A DNA stretch of 52,236 bases from Hyphomicrobium sp. (GTDB lineage Bacteria > Pseudomonadota > Alphaproteobacteria > Rhizobiales > Hyphomicrobiaceae): assembly GCA_031412455.1 (NCBI GenBank), contig JANOCZ010000019.1:1-52236 (forward strand). The letters are read 5' to 3'. Position 1 is the first letter of the stretch. Each line of letters starts with the position of its first letter. The notes under the pieces were generated by a model, which did no database searches, was not told where the DNA came from, and was given only the letters and a program-made list of their open reading frames with translations. Shown in pieces: positions 36,843-48,006 of this stretch. The position numbers and the translations under genes were made by a program.

Positions 36843-37808
36843 GTGAGCGCTGCTACCGCCCTTCGCACTTATCTCGATTTCGAAAAACCTATTCTTGAGC
36901 TCGAGAATAAAGTGGCCGAACTTAAAACCTTGCATCGCGACGGCAAGGGCCCACAGATTGCCGACGAGATCGCCAAGCTCGAGCAGAAGGCCAAGGCGGC
37001 GCTTGTCGATACTTATAACAAGCTGACGCCGTGGCAGAAGACGCTCGTCGCGCGCCATCCCGAGCGGCCGCATTGCCTCGATTTCGTTGGCGCGCTGATC
37101 GAAGATTTCACGCCGCTTGCCGGGGATCGTTACTTCGCGGAAGACGAGGCAATCGTTGCCGGCGTTGGCCGGTTTCGGGGTCGCTCCGTTTTGGTCATGG
37201 GGCACGAAAAAGGTTCGGACACCGAAAGCCGCATCAAGCACAACTTCGGCATGGCGAAACCGGAAGGTTATCGCAAGGCCGTGCGCTTGATGGAGATGGC
37301 CGATCGCTTCAATCTACCGGTCATCACCTTCGTCGATACGCCCGGCGCTTATCCGGGCATCGGCGCCGAGGAGCGCGGCCAAGCCGAGGCGATCGCGCGG
37401 TCGACAGATTGCTGTTTGAAGCTCGGGGTGCCGTTGATCGCGATCGTCGTCGGCGAGGGTGGGTCGGGTGGCGCGATCGCCATTGCCACCGCCAACCGCA
37501 TCCTCATGCTTGAACATGCGATCTATTCCGTCATCTCGCCTGAAGGCGCGGCTTCGATCATCTGGCGTGACAGTAATAAAAAAGAAGAAGCCGCGACGAA
37601 CATGAAGATCACCGCGCAAGATCTGGATCAACTCGGTGTCATCGACGCGATCATCAAGGAGCCGGTCGGCGGCGCGCACCGTGACCGTACCAGCGTCATC
37701 ATTTCCACAGGAAATGCGATCGCACGCGCGCTTGCCGAATTCGACGGGAAATCGCCGGAAGACATCCGCCGGCAAAGGCATGACCGCTTTCTATCAATCG
37801 GACGATAA
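36843..37808 (+). CDS. accA: Acetyl-CoA carboxylase carboxyltransferase alpha subunit
   Basis: [52 protein letters not shown]. Confidence 0.96.
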   Translation: MSAATALRTYLDFEKPILELENKVAELKTLHRDGKGPQIADEIAKLEQKAKAALVDTYNKLTPWQKTLVARHPERPHCLDFVGALIEDFTPLAGDRYFAEDEAIVAGVGRFRGRSVLVMGHEKGSDTESRIKHNFGMAKPEGYRKAVRLMEMADRFNLPVITFVDTPGAYPGIGAEERGQAEAIARSTDCCLKLGVPLIAIVVGEGGSGGAIAIATANRILMLEHAIYSVISPEGAASIIWRDSNKKEEAATNMKITAQDLDQLGVIDAIIKEPVGGAHRDRTSVIISTGNAIARALAEFDGKSPEDIRRQRHDRFLSIGR

Positions 37809-37946
37809 GCCCAATTGCTGGTCGCGCCCATGCCGCAATCATAGCCTTACGTGACTTGACACCGATGATGGCCGCGGCGGAAAACGCCTGCGGATTCTTG
37901 TGCTTGTGTATTTGCGCCGAATTGCAAGGCGCGCGGGGCAGGCTGA

Positions 37947-38903
37947 ATGCGACGGGGAGGAATCGGATTCTGGTTGGCTGTCGCCGGGCTCGCGCTCAGC
38001 GCGTGTAGCAACGCGCCTGTCATTCCAGCTCCGTCAGAAGTGCCTCTTGGCAAGGATACGCTCGACCTCTTGGCCAAGAAGGGCATGCAGGTCGGATCGC
38101 AGGTTTTCGTGCGCGTCTTCAAGGAAGAATCTGAACTCGAAATCTGGAAGCAGCGCGACGATGGGCGCTTCTATCATTTCAAAACCTATCCCATTTGCAC
38201 GTGGTCCGGCGAACTTGGGCCGAAACTCGCTCATGGCGACAAGCAGGCCCCCGAGGGGTTCTACAACATCACGCCGACGCTGATGAACCCGAACTCGAAA
38301 TTCTATCTGTCGTTCAACCTTGGCTACCCCAATGCTTACGATCGCTCGCTTGGCCGCACCGGCGATTCTGTGATGGTGCACGGCAAATGCCGCTCAGCTG
38401 GCTGTTACGCGATGACAGATGCGCTGGTCGAAGAAATCTATGGCGTGACACGCGAAGCGCTCAAGGCCGGGCAGCCGACCTTCCAGCTGCACGCGTTTCC
38501 GTTCCGGATGACCGACGCGCGTATGGCGCAGATGAAGACCAGCAAATGGTTCCCGTTCTGGAAAGTTTTGAAACAAGGCTACGATCATTTCGAGGCCCAT
38601 CGCATTCCGCCGAGCATTGCAGTGTGCGAGCGCCGCTACGTCGTCAATGTCATCGCGCAGAGCCGTCCTGACGCTGATGCGGCTTGTCCAGCTTTCCAAA
38701 GGCCGGTGATTGCAGCGTTCACCCCATTACCGACCGAGCCCACTGTCGTCGTCGCGAATGGAAACAAGCTCAAGGGGCTCGTCAATTCGGACAACGAGCC
38801 GAGTCTGGCCGATATTGACGCTGCGAAGGCCGCACAGAAAAACGGGGGCGGCGCTGTTCCCGCCAACCAGCCTGCACCTGCCGGAGCGACCGCCAGCCGA
38901 TGA
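37947..38903 (+). CDS. YafK/DpaA-like L,D-transpeptidase-family lipoprotein
   Basis: Lipobox LSAC; RVFKEESELEIW, GPK..GDKQAPEGFY, MVHGKCRSAGCYAM. Confidence 0.88.
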   Translation: MRRGGIGFWLAVAGLALSACSNAPVIPAPSEVPLGKDTLDLLAKKGMQVGSQVFVRVFKEESELEIWKQRDDGRFYHFKTYPICTWSGELGPKLAHGDKQAPEGFYNITPTLMNPNSKFYLSFNLGYPNAYDRSLGRTGDSVMVHGKCRSAGCYAMTDALVEEIYGVTREALKAGQPTFQLHAFPFRMTDARMAQMKTSKWFPFWKVLKQGYDHFEAHRIPPSIAVCERRYVVNVIAQSRPDADAACPAFQRPVIAAFTPLPTEPTVVVANGNKLKGLVNSDNEPSLADIDAAKAAQKNGGGAVPANQPAPAGATASR

Positions 38904-38916
38904 GAAGCGCTGTTTC

Positions 38917-39816
38917 ATGACTGCGCCACCTGCTCCAGATCAGCGAGAGCGCGTCGAGCCCGGCCGGCCACCGCGGCGGCGTTGGCGCCGGCGGCTCCCA
39001 CTCGGAGTGTTTCTGTTGGCGTTCGCTGCGCTGGTCGCGGCGGTTTTCGTGCTGGCACCGCTGATCGGGCGCGACGATGACACCGTCATCGCGTTCGAGC
39101 GCGCGCTAAGGCATTGGCGAGCGACGTGGGACTTGCCGATGCCCGGACAGCCCGATCTTGCGCGACTGCCGGAGCGTCTTGCCGAAAAGGGCGTCAAGCT
39201 CGGGGCGCCGATATTCATCCGTATCTTTAAACGCGAGTTCGAACTCGAACTTTGGATGAAGCGCGACGGTGCGTTTCATCGGTTCGCGACGTATCCGATT
39301 TGCCGGTGGTCCGGCGGCCTTGGGCCTAAAATCCAGCAGGGCGATCACCAAGCGCCGGAAGGATTCTATACCGTCGACGCGCGGGCGCTCAATCCCAACA
39401 GCGCTTGGTATCGCTCGTTTAATCTGGGCTACCCTAATGCGTTCGATGCTGCCTTGGGCCGGACGGGGTCGCTCATCATGGTGCATGGTGGATGCGCATC
39501 GGTCGGCTGCTTTGCGATGACCAACCCGCAAATGGGCGAGATCTGGCAACTCGTGACTGCGGCCCTCGGCAACGGGCAGGCGAGATTCCAAGTGCAGGTT
39601 CTGCCGTTCCGGATGTCCGAGGAGGCGCTGAAATCATACAGCGACCACGCAGCCCTGCCCTTGTGGCGGATGCTCAAGCGGGGAAGCGATGCTTTTGAGA
39701 AAACCTCGATGCCGCCGCAGGTCCGGGTGTGCAACGGCAGCTATGAATTCGACGAGGCTGGAGTGTATCAGAACGGCGACGGCCCAATCGAAAACCGCTG
39801 TCGCGCCCGTTCATAA
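38917..39816 (+). CDS. YafK/DpaA-like L,D-transpeptidase-family protein, membrane-anchored
   Basis: Start reset to ATG 38917; Arg-rich N-terminus plus TM helix; RIFKREFELELW, GDHQAPEGFY, MVHGGCASVGCFAM. Confidence 0.85.
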   Translation: MTAPPAPDQRERVEPGRPPRRRWRRRLPLGVFLLAFAALVAAVFVLAPLIGRDDDTVIAFERALRHWRATWDLPMPGQPDLARLPERLAEKGVKLGAPIFIRIFKREFELELWMKRDGAFHRFATYPICRWSGGLGPKIQQGDHQAPEGFYTVDARALNPNSAWYRSFNLGYPNAFDAALGRTGSLIMVHGGCASVGCFAMTNPQMGEIWQLVTAALGNGQARFQVQVLPFRMSEEALKSYSDHAALPLWRMLKRGSDAFEKTSMPPQVRVCNGSYEFDEAGVYQNGDGPIENRCRARS

Positions 39817-39935
39817 GAGATAAATCCTTTCAGGGGGTTACGGGAACTGTGGTTGATATTAAAAAGGCACTTCGACATTCCGTGGCCAGCCGCTAATGTC
39901 CGTCAGGTGCATGTAGGGATTGGGTTTAGACTTTC

Positions 39936-40904
39936 ATGACGGTCAACGTCGCGCAGGTTCGGGTGTGCATCGGTGCGCTGGTTTCTGCCGCGTTCGCGAT
40001 CGCGTTGTCTGCGGGTGCGTCTGCGCTAACGATCGAACTCAAAGATGTGGCGGCCGACCGCGTCGAGCGGCAAAGGGCGGCGGCGGCTGGTGCACTGCCG
40101 CTCCCCAACACTCCCAACATCGCCGACTTTACGCAGCGCTTGAGCCAGAAGTCGCTCGATATGTCTTCGGCCATTGTCATTCGGGTCTTCAAGTCAGAAT
40201 CCGAACTCGAGGTGTGGAAAGAGAAGAACGGCACGTTCGTGTTGTTCGCTGTTTATCCGATCTGCCACTGGTCTGGCAGCGTGGGACCCAAATTGCGCGA
40301 TGGCGACAAGCAGGCGCCCGAAGGTTTTTATGCCGTCAATCGCTCGCAGTCGCGCCATGTCGGCCGTTGGCCAAGGTCTCTCAATATCGGATTTCCGAAC
40401 ATTCTCGACCAATCGCAGGCGCGGACGGGATCAAACATCCTGATCCACGGCGGCTGCTCGTCAGTCGGCTGCTTTGCCATGACCAATCCGGTGATGGATG
40501 AGATCCATACGTTGACCGAAGCGGCCCTCGATGGCGGCCAGGACTGGGTGCCCGTGCAGGTGTTTCCGTTCCGCATGACGGACGCAAATATGGAGGCGAA
40601 TGCCGGCTCTCCATGGGCCGATTTCTGGCTCAACATGAAAGAGGGCTACGACGCTTTTGAAAAGACGCGCCGGGCGTTTGCCGTCAGCGTGTGCGATGGG
40701 CGCTACATTTTCCAGGATGTCGATGGGCCACAGAACGCCGGCGGCATAGAAGCGTGTGCGCCGACGCTCACGGGAATTCGAGAACAGGACGAGTGGCTAC
40801 GGGAGGTTCCGTTGCCCAGTTCGCGCCGGATCGAAGGTCGCTCAACGCCGCGCGGGAGCTCGCCGCCGCCCATCGCCGACGCCTCCGAAAGTCCGCCCGG
40901 ATAG
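39936..40904 (+). CDS. YafK/DpaA-like L,D-transpeptidase-family protein with Sec signal peptide
   Basis: Signal ending ASA-L; RVFKSESELEVW, GDKQAPEGFY, LIHGGCSSVGCFAM. Confidence 0.85.
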   Translation: MTVNVAQVRVCIGALVSAAFAIALSAGASALTIELKDVAADRVERQRAAAAGALPLPNTPNIADFTQRLSQKSLDMSSAIVIRVFKSESELEVWKEKNGTFVLFAVYPICHWSGSVGPKLRDGDKQAPEGFYAVNRSQSRHVGRWPRSLNIGFPNILDQSQARTGSNILIHGGCSSVGCFAMTNPVMDEIHTLTEAALDGGQDWVPVQVFPFRMTDANMEANAGSPWADFWLNMKEGYDAFEKTRRAFAVSVCDGRYIFQDVDGPQNAGGIEACAPTLTGIREQDEWLREVPLPSSRRIEGRSTPRGSSPPPIADASESPPG

Positions 40905-41063
40905 TATCACGTTCTCGTGCCGATGCCTCGTGATGGTTTGAGGATGGGCTGCGTGCGATCTCGCGCCGCGCCTTCATTTCCGCTGTGTCACCCGTTCAAG
41001 CTTGAGACAAGCGCGTGCCTGAGCTAGAGGCCATTCACCTCATAGTGTGGAGATATTGCGGAA

Positions 41064-41642
41064 ATGTCGGACCGGACCGGACCAGCGAAATTTGAGAACT
41101 ATATGGAGCAGATGTTGTTTGCGGCGCGTTGGCTTTTGGCGCCCTTCTATTTCGGCCTTGCGATTTCACTCGGCATCTTGCTCATCAAGTTCCTCGCCGA
41201 GTTGAGCCATCTCGCGCTGCACGCGTTCACCTCAACGGAATCGGAGGCTATTCTCGGCGTCCTGACGCTCGTCGATCTCGCGCTGACGGGATCGTTGCTG
41301 ATCATCGTCATATTCTCGGGCTATGAAAACTTCGTCTCCAAGATTGACCACAGTACTCACAAGGACTGGCCGGAATGGATGGGCACGATCGACTTTTCAG
41401 CGCTCAAACTCAAATTGCTGTCATCGATCGTCGCGATCTCAGCCGTGCAACTCTTGAAACAGTTCATGTCGATGACGGTCGTCACGCCGGAGGCTGAGCG
41501 CGTGTTGTTCTGGATGGTTTGCATTCACGTCGTGTTCGTGGTGTCGAGCGTACTGTTGGCGCTCTCTGATCGGATTGCCGGTCATTCGGAAACCCCGCCT
41601 GTGGCGGATACTCCGACGTCGCCCGACACCGGCGCGCACTGA
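41064..41642 (+). CDS. UPF0114/YqhA (TIGR00645) membrane protein
   Basis: ARWLLAPFY.GL, LTLVDLAL, SGYENFVSKID, LKLKL..SIVAIS. Confidence 0.88.
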   Translation: MSDRTGPAKFENYMEQMLFAARWLLAPFYFGLAISLGILLIKFLAELSHLALHAFTSTESEAILGVLTLVDLALTGSLLIIVIFSGYENFVSKIDHSTHKDWPEWMGTIDFSALKLKLLSSIVAISAVQLLKQFMSMTVVTPEAERVLFWMVCIHVVFVVSSVLLALSDRIAGHSETPPVADTPTSPDTGAH

Positions 41643-41657
41643 CGGGTCTCGTTAGGT

Positions 41658-41695
41658 CGATCGACGGCGTGAGCGAAGCTCAGCGCCGTTGATCG
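41658..41695. terminator. Hairpin between the convergent yqhA-like gene and secA (probable bidirectional terminator)
   Basis: CGATCGACGGCG-TGAGC-GAA-GCTCA-G-CGCCGTTGATCG, about 17-bp stem with one bulge and one G-T pair. Confidence 0.6.
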
Positions 41696-41701
41696 CCACT
41701 A

Positions 41702-44644
41702 TCAATCCATTTTCCCGTGGCAGTGCTTGTATTTCTTGCCCGATCCGCACGGGCAAAGGGCATTGCGCGCAACCCGGCCCCAGGTTGCAGAATCCTTGGG
41801 ATCGATATCGCTCTCGCCCTTGCGGACCTGCAGCGGCGCGCGCTTTTCAGGTTCCGGTCCCGCAACGCGGCGGGCGCGTGCGCCCGTGATTGCCGCATCG
41901 GCCATCGCGAGTTCGGGGTCGAATTCATCGAAGCCCGTCGTCGCATTGACGTGGTGGGCTTCCATTGGCGGAAGCTCAACAGGCTGGAGTTCGGGCTGTT
42001 CATCGGGCGCGAGTTCGACGTGCATCAACTGGCCGGTGACGTTTTCGCGCAAACGGCCAAGCATGCTTTCAAACAGCACGAAGGCTTCGCTCTTGTATTC
42101 GTTCAACGGGTCGCGCTGGCCGTAGGCGCGGAAGCCGATGACTTGGCGCAAATGTTCCAGCGTGACGAGATGCTCGCGCCACAGGTGGTCGAGGGTTTGC
42201 AGCAAGACCATTTTCTCAATCTGGCTGTAGAGCTCAGTTCCCATCTCGCTCGCTTTGAGACCGGCTTTGGCATTGGTCGCGTTGATCAGGCGCTCGCGAA
42301 TTTCCTCATCGGCGATGCCTTCCTCCGCGGCCCAATCTTCAATCGGCAGATCGAGGCCGAAAACGCCATCTACCTGCTCCTTCAAACCGGGAATGTCCCA
42401 TTGTTCGGCGTAGGCGGTCGGTGGAATAAAGCGGGTCACCAATTCGCCGACGAGCTGATGGCGAAGATCGACTACGGTTTCGGAGACGTCGTCCTGGCCC
42501 ATGATATCGAGCCGCTGCTCGAAGATGACCTTGCGCTGGTCGTTCATCACGTCGTCGTATTTTAAGATCTGTTTGCGAATGTCGAAGTTGCGCTGCTCGA
42601 CTTTTTTCTGCGCCGTCTCGAGAGATTTGTTCATCCAAGGATGGGTGATTGCTTCACCTTCCTTGAGGCCGAGCGTTTGCAGAACTTTGTCCATCCGTTC
42701 AGAGCCGAAGATGCGCATCAGGTCGTCGTCGAGCGCGAGGTAGAACTTCGAGCGGCCGGGGTCACCCTGGCGGCCTGAGCGGCCGCGCAGCTGATTGTCG
42801 ATGCGGCGGCTTTCGTGGCGTTCCGTTGCGAGCACGTAAAGGCCGCCAGCTTCGAGGGCTTGCTGCTTCTTGACGGCGATGTCAGCTGCGACGGCGATCC
42901 GCTGTTTGGCGATTGCGTCGTCGTCGGGTGTGACGCCTTTTTCGTCCTGCTCTGCAATCCAGTCTTTCAGGCGATATTCGACGTTGCCGCCCAACTGAAT
43001 GTCGGTGCCGCGGCCAGCCATGTTGGTCGCGATTGTCACCGCGCCCGGCACGCCCGCCTGAGCGACGATGCTGGCTTCCTGCTCATGGTAGCGCGCGTTG
43101 AGAACCTGATGGGGAACCGGATCGCTCTTGCCTTTGCTGTCAGCGGCAATTTTAAGAAGAGCCTCACCCGTCTGAGTGAAGTGCTGGCGCAGTTCTTCTT
43201 CCTTGCCGGGCTTGATCGTCGCTGCCGTGTCGAGGAGCGACTGGCCAAGACCGCGGATGTATTCGTGATCCTTCAGCATTTCGGAAAGCTGTTCGGACTT
43301 CTCGATTGATGTCGTGCCCACGAGGATCGGCTGGCCGCGACTTTTCGCATCGGCAATCGACTGCACGATGGCCGCCAATTTTTCTTTCTGGGTGCGATAG
43401 ATTTCATCGTCATCGTCGAGGCGTTTAACATTGACGTTGGTCGGGATCTCAATGACCTCAAGGCCATAGATATCCATGAATTCGCTGGCTTCGGTCAGCG
43501 CCGTACCCGTCATGCCGGCGAGCTTTTTGTAGAGCCGGAAATAGTTCTGGAACGTGATCGACGCCAGCGTCTGATTTTCGGGCTGGACGTCCACGCCTTC
43601 CTTGGCTTCGAGAGCCTGATGCAGGCCTTCCGAATAGCGGCGGCCCGGCATCATTCGGCCGGTGAACTCGTCGATAATGACGACTTGCCCGCCCTTGACG
43701 ATATAGTCTTTGTCGCGCTGAAAAAGCTTATGGGCCTTCAGTGCCTGGTTGACGTGATGGACGAGCGTCACGTTTTCGATGTCGTAGAGCGAACCCTTCA
43801 TCGCCCCGGCAGCGTTGAGGAGCCCTTCCATTTTTTCGTTGCCAGCTTCGCTCAACGACACCTGGCGCTGCTTCTCATCGAGTTCGAAATCGGCGGCTTC
43901 GACCGATTTCATCAGGCCATCGACCAGATGGTACAGATCGGCGCGATCCTCCAGCGGGCCAGAGATGATCAGCGGAGTCCGGGCTTCATCGATCAGGATC
44001 GAGTCGACCTCGTCGACAATCGCAAAGCCATGGCCGCGCTGGACCATATCGTCCATGCGCATCTTCATGTTGTCGCGGAGGTAGTCGAAGCCCAGTTCGT
44101 TGTTGGTGCCGTAGGTCACGTCACACGTGTAGGCGGCTTTGCGGTCTTCATCGCTCATGTCATGGACGATGACGCCGACGGAGAGGCCCAAGAACTTGTA
44201 GACTTTGCCCATCCATTCGCTGTCGCGGCGGGCGAGATAATCGTTGACGGTAACGACGTGGACGCCCTTGCCGGCTAATGCATTCAAGTAGACGGGCAGC
44301 GTGGCAACGAGAGTTTTGCCTTCGCCGGTTTTCATCTCGGCAATGTCGCCTTGATGAAGGACCATGCCGCCGATCAACTGAACGTCGAAGTGGCGCTGGC
44401 CGAGTGATCGTTTGGCGGCTTCGCGGACCGTGGCGAAGGCTGGAACGAGCAGATCGTCGATCGAGGCGCCATCTTTCAGTTGCTGGCGGAAGTCGATTGT
44501 GCGTTGGCGCAACTCATCGTCGCTCAGCTTTTCGATTTCGGCTTCGAGCGCATTGATAGCGGCCACATTTGGGCGAAAAATTTTGACGCGGCGCTCGTTG
44601 GAAGATCCGAATATTTTAGAAGCAAGATTGCCGAGCGAGAGCAT
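41702..44644 (-). CDS. secA: Preprotein translocase ATPase SecA
   Basis: [61 protein letters not shown]-terminal [13 protein letters not shown]. Confidence 0.98.
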   Translation of the reverse strand: MLSLGNLASKIFGSSNERRVKIFRPNVAAINALEAEIEKLSDDELRQRTIDFRQQLKDGASIDDLLVPAFATVREAAKRSLGQRHFDVQLIGGMVLHQGDIAEMKTGEGKTLVATLPVYLNALAGKGVHVVTVNDYLARRDSEWMGKVYKFLGLSVGVIVHDMSDEDRKAAYTCDVTYGTNNELGFDYLRDNMKMRMDDMVQRGHGFAIVDEVDSILIDEARTPLIISGPLEDRADLYHLVDGLMKSVEAADFELDEKQRQVSLSEAGNEKMEGLLNAAGAMKGSLYDIENVTLVHHVNQALKAHKLFQRDKDYIVKGGQVVIIDEFTGRMMPGRRYSEGLHQALEAKEGVDVQPENQTLASITFQNYFRLYKKLAGMTGTALTEASEFMDIYGLEVIEIPTNVNVKRLDDDDEIYRTQKEKLAAIVQSIADAKSRGQPILVGTTSIEKSEQLSEMLKDHEYIRGLGQSLLDTAATIKPGKEEELRQHFTQTGEALLKIAADSKGKSDPVPHQVLNARYHEQEASIVAQAGVPGAVTIATNMAGRGTDIQLGGNVEYRLKDWIAEQDEKGVTPDDDAIAKQRIAVAADIAVKKQQALEAGGLYVLATERHESRRIDNQLRGRSGRQGDPGRSKFYLALDDDLMRIFGSERMDKVLQTLGLKEGEAITHPWMNKSLETAQKKVEQRNFDIRKQILKYDDVMNDQRKVIFEQRLDIMGQDDVSETVVDLRHQLVGELVTRFIPPTAYAEQWDIPGLKEQVDGVFGLDLPIEDWAAEEGIADEEIRERLINATNAKAGLKASEMGTELYSQIEKMVLLQTLDHLWREHLVTLEHLRQVIGFRAYGQRDPLNEYKSEAFVLFESMLGRLRENVTGQLMHVELAPDEQPELQPVELPPMEAHHVNATTGFDEFDPELAMADAAITGARARRVAGPEPEKRAPLQVRKGESDIDPKDSATWGRVARNALCPCGSGKKYKHCHGKMD

Positions 44645-44834
44645 TATGAAATCGTCCTGATAGAGCCCGGACGAACAAGCGGCCGGCTGCCCGTGTTGAT
44701 TGCTGCCTGAAGCCGTGAAACGAGCGAAAAATGCGCGGCGAGGGTTCTCGCCACGCGACCTCGTCCGTCATTCAGGACCAGTTCCGTGTCATCGATAGAG
44801 GATACGCGTTCGTGCGCCGCCCCTTTCAAGCCGA

Positions 44835-44864
44835 GACATAAGAACTGACCCTCCCAAATGTCAA
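44835..44864 (-). promoter_or_regulatory. Putative secA promoter
   Basis: Minus strand TTGACA-N18-TATGTC, about 190 nt upstream of the start codon. Confidence 0.4.
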
Positions 44865-45072
44865 TGACACCCGGCTTTTTGTGAGGCGGCCCGTCGCGGC
44901 TTGGCGCTATCCAAATATTAACTTGGCTTTGCTGGACGCGAGGGCTACCCCAGGCCCGCGGTATCAGCTCGCAGCACGTAAGCGGTAGCTGCGGCAGTCT
45001 GTCCGTTGTCGGTCGAACTGGCTATCGGCATCAAGAGCACCTGCCTCGTCCGTCTATTCATAGGAGCCGACC

Positions 45073-45987
45073 TTGAAGTTACGCTTTGCCCCGGCCTTGC
45101 TGGCCCTGACAGTGGCGGCCGCCGCGCTGCCGATGGCTGCGGCCAATGTATATGCCGAAGACAAGGTCGTGGCGACGATCAACGGCATGCCGATTACCGA
45201 CGCGGATCTCGCCATTGCCGACAGTGAAATCGGCGCCGATATGGGAACGCTGCCGCCGGCGCAAAAGCGGATGTCGCTGCTCGAATTTCTGATCGACAAT
45301 CAATTGTTCGCCGAAGCCGCCGACGGGGAAAAGCTCGGGCAAGGGCCCGAATTCGAAACCCGCCTAAAATATCTGAAGCGCCGGGCTTTGCGCGAACTCT
45401 ATTTTGAGAAAGTCATCAAGGCGTCTGTCAGCGATGCTGACGCGCGCAAGCTCTACGACGATCAGGTCAAGCTGATCAAACCAGAGGAAGAGGTTTCCGC
45501 CCGCCACATCCTCGTTGAGACTGAGGAGAAGGCGAAGGAACTTAAGGAAAAGGTCAAGAGCGGCGGCGATTTCGTGGCGCTGGCCAAGGATAACTCTAAA
45601 GATCCAGGCTCCAAGGACGACGGCGGCAACCTTGGCTATTTCGGGCACGGCCAGATGGTCCCGCAGTTCGAAGAAGTTGTGTTCAAACTCGCCAAGGGTG
45701 AGGTTTCTGATCCCGTCAAGACCCAATTCGGTTGGCACTTGATCAAGATCGAGGACAAGCGATTCAAGCAACCGCCGGCCTTCGACGTCGTCAAGGACCG
45801 CATCGTGCAGTCGCAGTTGTTGCAAAAAGCGCAGCAGTCAGCCGTTGCCCTGCGTGCAAAATCCAAGATCGAATTCGTCGATCCCGAGATCAAAGCCGCG
45901 ATCGAAGATCGCAATAAGATTCTCGAGAGCAAGCCGGATCCGGCTAAGGACGCTGCTCCTCCCGCGGCGCCCGAGGAAAAGAAGTAA
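45073..45987 (+). CDS. PpiC/parvulin-type periplasmic peptidyl-prolyl isomerase
   Basis: Signal peptide; ARHILV, GGNLGYF, MVPQFE, VKTQFGWHLIK; AGGAG SD before TTG. Confidence 0.9.
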   Translation: MKLRFAPALLALTVAAAALPMAAANVYAEDKVVATINGMPITDADLAIADSEIGADMGTLPPAQKRMSLLEFLIDNQLFAEAADGEKLGQGPEFETRLKYLKRRALRELYFEKVIKASVSDADARKLYDDQVKLIKPEEEVSARHILVETEEKAKELKEKVKSGGDFVALAKDNSKDPGSKDDGGNLGYFGHGQMVPQFEEVVFKLAKGEVSDPVKTQFGWHLIKIEDKRFKQPPAFDVVKDRIVQSQLLQKAQQSAVALRAKSKIEFVDPEIKAAIEDRNKILESKPDPAKDAAPPAAPEEKK

Positions 45988-46014
45988 ACCTCTTCTCACG
46001 AAGTTCAGATTTTG

Positions 46015-46052
46015 GATCGGGCCGCTTGCAATAAGCGGCCCGATCTGTTTCT
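46015..46052 (+). terminator. Rho-independent terminator after the PPIase gene
   Basis: GATCGGGCCGCTT-GCAAT-AAGCGGCCCGATC, 13-bp perfect stem followed by TGTTTCT. Confidence 0.7.
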
Positions 46053-46084
46053 GGGGTACCTGCACCCTTCCGGAGCTTTTCGCC

Positions 46085-47332
46085 ATGGCCAAGATTACGA
46101 CAGTCTCTCCGTTCGCGCCGTCTGTGCTGGCTGTGCTGCCGCCGATTGAAGGCGTGCGCTTTGCGACCGCGGAAGCCGGTATTCGTTATCAGGCTCGCAC
46201 CGATCTAATGGTCGCGGTCTTGGACGAGGATACGGTGGTGGCTGGCGTTTTTACGCAGTCAAAGACGGCTTCGGCGCCCGTTCTCGCGTGCCGCCGCAAC
46301 CTAAAAAAGGGCGCGGCGCGGATCGTGGTCGTCAACTCGGGGAACGCCAACGCGTTCACGGGACAGAAGGGCCGCGATGCGGTCAATACGACCATCGCCT
46401 ACGCCGCGAAGGCTGCGGGTTGCAATGCGAGCGACGTCTTCGTCGCGTCGACCGGCGTGATCGGCGAGCCGCTCGACGCGTTGAAGTTCGCAACGCTTCT
46501 CGATGGTCTAGTACAGACTGCAAAGCCCGATGCTTTTGAGGCCGCGGCCCGGGCTATTTTGACCACCGACACCTACCCGAAGCTTGCGACACGAAAGGCG
46601 ATGATCGGTTCGACTGAGGTGACCATCAACGGCTTTTGCAAGGGTGCCGGCATGATTGCGCCCGACATGGCGACGATGCTCTGTTTCATCTTTACGGATG
46701 CCGCGATCGAGGCCGAAGCGTTGCAAGAGCTGATCTCCGCGCACGCCGAGACGACATTTAATTCGATGACGATCGATGGCGATACGTCGACCAGCGATAC
46801 GTGCCTCGCTTTTGCTACCGGTGCTGCTGCTAAACGCGGGCAAAAGCCGGCGGGCAAAGCGAAGTCGAAAAAACTCGAAGAATTTTCCGCCGCTTTGCAC
46901 GATCTGATGCGCGACCTTGCCATTCAGGTCGCCAAGGACGGCGAGGGGCTGTCTAAGTTCGTGACGTTCGAAGTCGAGGGTGCGAAGTCGTGGGCGGCAG
47001 CTCGGACCATTGCGCGGTCGTGCGCGAACTCGCCTATTTTGAAGGCCGCGATCGCCGGTGAAGATCCCAACTGGGGCCGCGTCGTGATGGCTGTCGGAAA
47101 ATCGGGTGAAGCTGCCGACCGCGACAAGCTCGCGATCTGGTTTGGACCCCATTGCGTGGCACGCGACGGCGAGCGAGCGGCCGAGTACGAGGAAAAATCA
47201 GTCGCGCAATACATGAAAAATCGCGAGATTGTCATCCGCATCGATGCGGGTGTCGGCCAGGCCAGCGCAACTGTGTGGACCTGCGATCTGACGCACGACT
47301 ATATCTCGATCAACGCCGACTATCGAAGCTGA
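46085..47332 (+). CDS. argJ: Bifunctional ornithine acetyltransferase / N-acetylglutamate synthase
   Basis: Start reset to ATG 46085 (GGAG SD); NSGNANAFTG, STGVIG, TTDT, KGAGMIAPDMATML, DTSTSD, DGEG, WTCDL..DYISINADYRS. Confidence 0.96.
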   Translation: MAKITTVSPFAPSVLAVLPPIEGVRFATAEAGIRYQARTDLMVAVLDEDTVVAGVFTQSKTASAPVLACRRNLKKGAARIVVVNSGNANAFTGQKGRDAVNTTIAYAAKAAGCNASDVFVASTGVIGEPLDALKFATLLDGLVQTAKPDAFEAAARAILTTDTYPKLATRKAMIGSTEVTINGFCKGAGMIAPDMATMLCFIFTDAAIEAEALQELISAHAETTFNSMTIDGDTSTSDTCLAFATGAAAKRGQKPAGKAKSKKLEEFSAALHDLMRDLAIQVAKDGEGLSKFVTFEVEGAKSWAAARTIARSCANSPILKAAIAGEDPNWGRVVMAVGKSGEAADRDKLAIWFGPHCVARDGERAAEYEEKSVAQYMKNREIVIRIDAGVGQASATVWTCDLTHDYISINADYRS

Positions 47333-47346
47333 TGCGGTAATTTGTG

Positions 47347-48006
47347 ATGGATCCGGACTTCTGGCTCGATCGCTGGGAAAAAAATCAGATCGGCTTTCAT
47401 GCACCGAGAGTGCAGCCGGCGCTGGCAAAGCATTGGCCCCGATTGGACTTAAAACCTGGCGGAACGATCCTCGTGCCGCTCGCGGGCAAAAGCCTCGACA
47501 TGTGGTGGCTTGCAGAGCAAGGCGTCCGCGTTATCGGCGTCGAATTATCGCCAGTTGCGATCGACGCATTCTTGAACGAGCGCGGCGTGGTCGCGGACGT
47601 GCGCAAAGTTGGCGCGTTTACCGTTCATTCCGCTGGCGCAATCGAGCTGTGGTGCGGTGATTTCTTCGCGCTCGACGCGCAGACTTTGCCACCGATCGAT
47701 GCCGTCTACGATCGCGCTGCGTTGGTTGCCATGCCGCCTGAGATGCAGCCCGCTTATGCCGGTAAGCTCGCGGAGCTGATGCCTATCAACGCGCCGGCGC
47801 TGCTGATCGGGCTTGATTACAATCGCGAGGAGATGAGCGGGCCGCCATTCGCCATCCCGCAAGCGGAGGTTCGGGCACTGTTTGGACTGCATTTCACAGT
47901 CGACATGCTCGACGTCCGCGATGGGCTGACCAGTAGCGAGCATTTGCGCCAGCGCGGCATTACCCGGCTTGAGGAAGCGACATATTTGTTGCGACGGCGC
48001 GCATGA
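47347..48006 (+). CDS. tpm: Thiopurine S-methyltransferase family protein
   Basis: FWLDRW...IGFH, LVPLAGKSLDM.WLA, GVELS, GDFF, YDRAALVA, GPPF. Confidence 0.88.
   Translation: MDPDFWLDRWEKNQIGFHAPRVQPALAKHWPRLDLKPGGTILVPLAGKSLDMWWLAEQGVRVIGVELSPVAIDAFLNERGVVADVRKVGAFTVHSAGAIELWCGDFFALDAQTLPPIDAVYDRAALVAMPPEMQPAYAGKLAELMPINAPALLIGLDYNREEMSGPPFAIPQAEVRALFGLHFTVDMLDVRDGLTSSEHLRQRGITRLEEATYLLRRRA

Noticed and set aside
45845-46084. 80-aa N-terminal extension of ArgJ in the ORF track
   Set aside because: Overlaps the PPIase gene and its terminator; ATG 46085 has an SD. Track starts for sga, fdxA, rpmB, the second ldt and the methyltransferase were trimmed for similar reasons.
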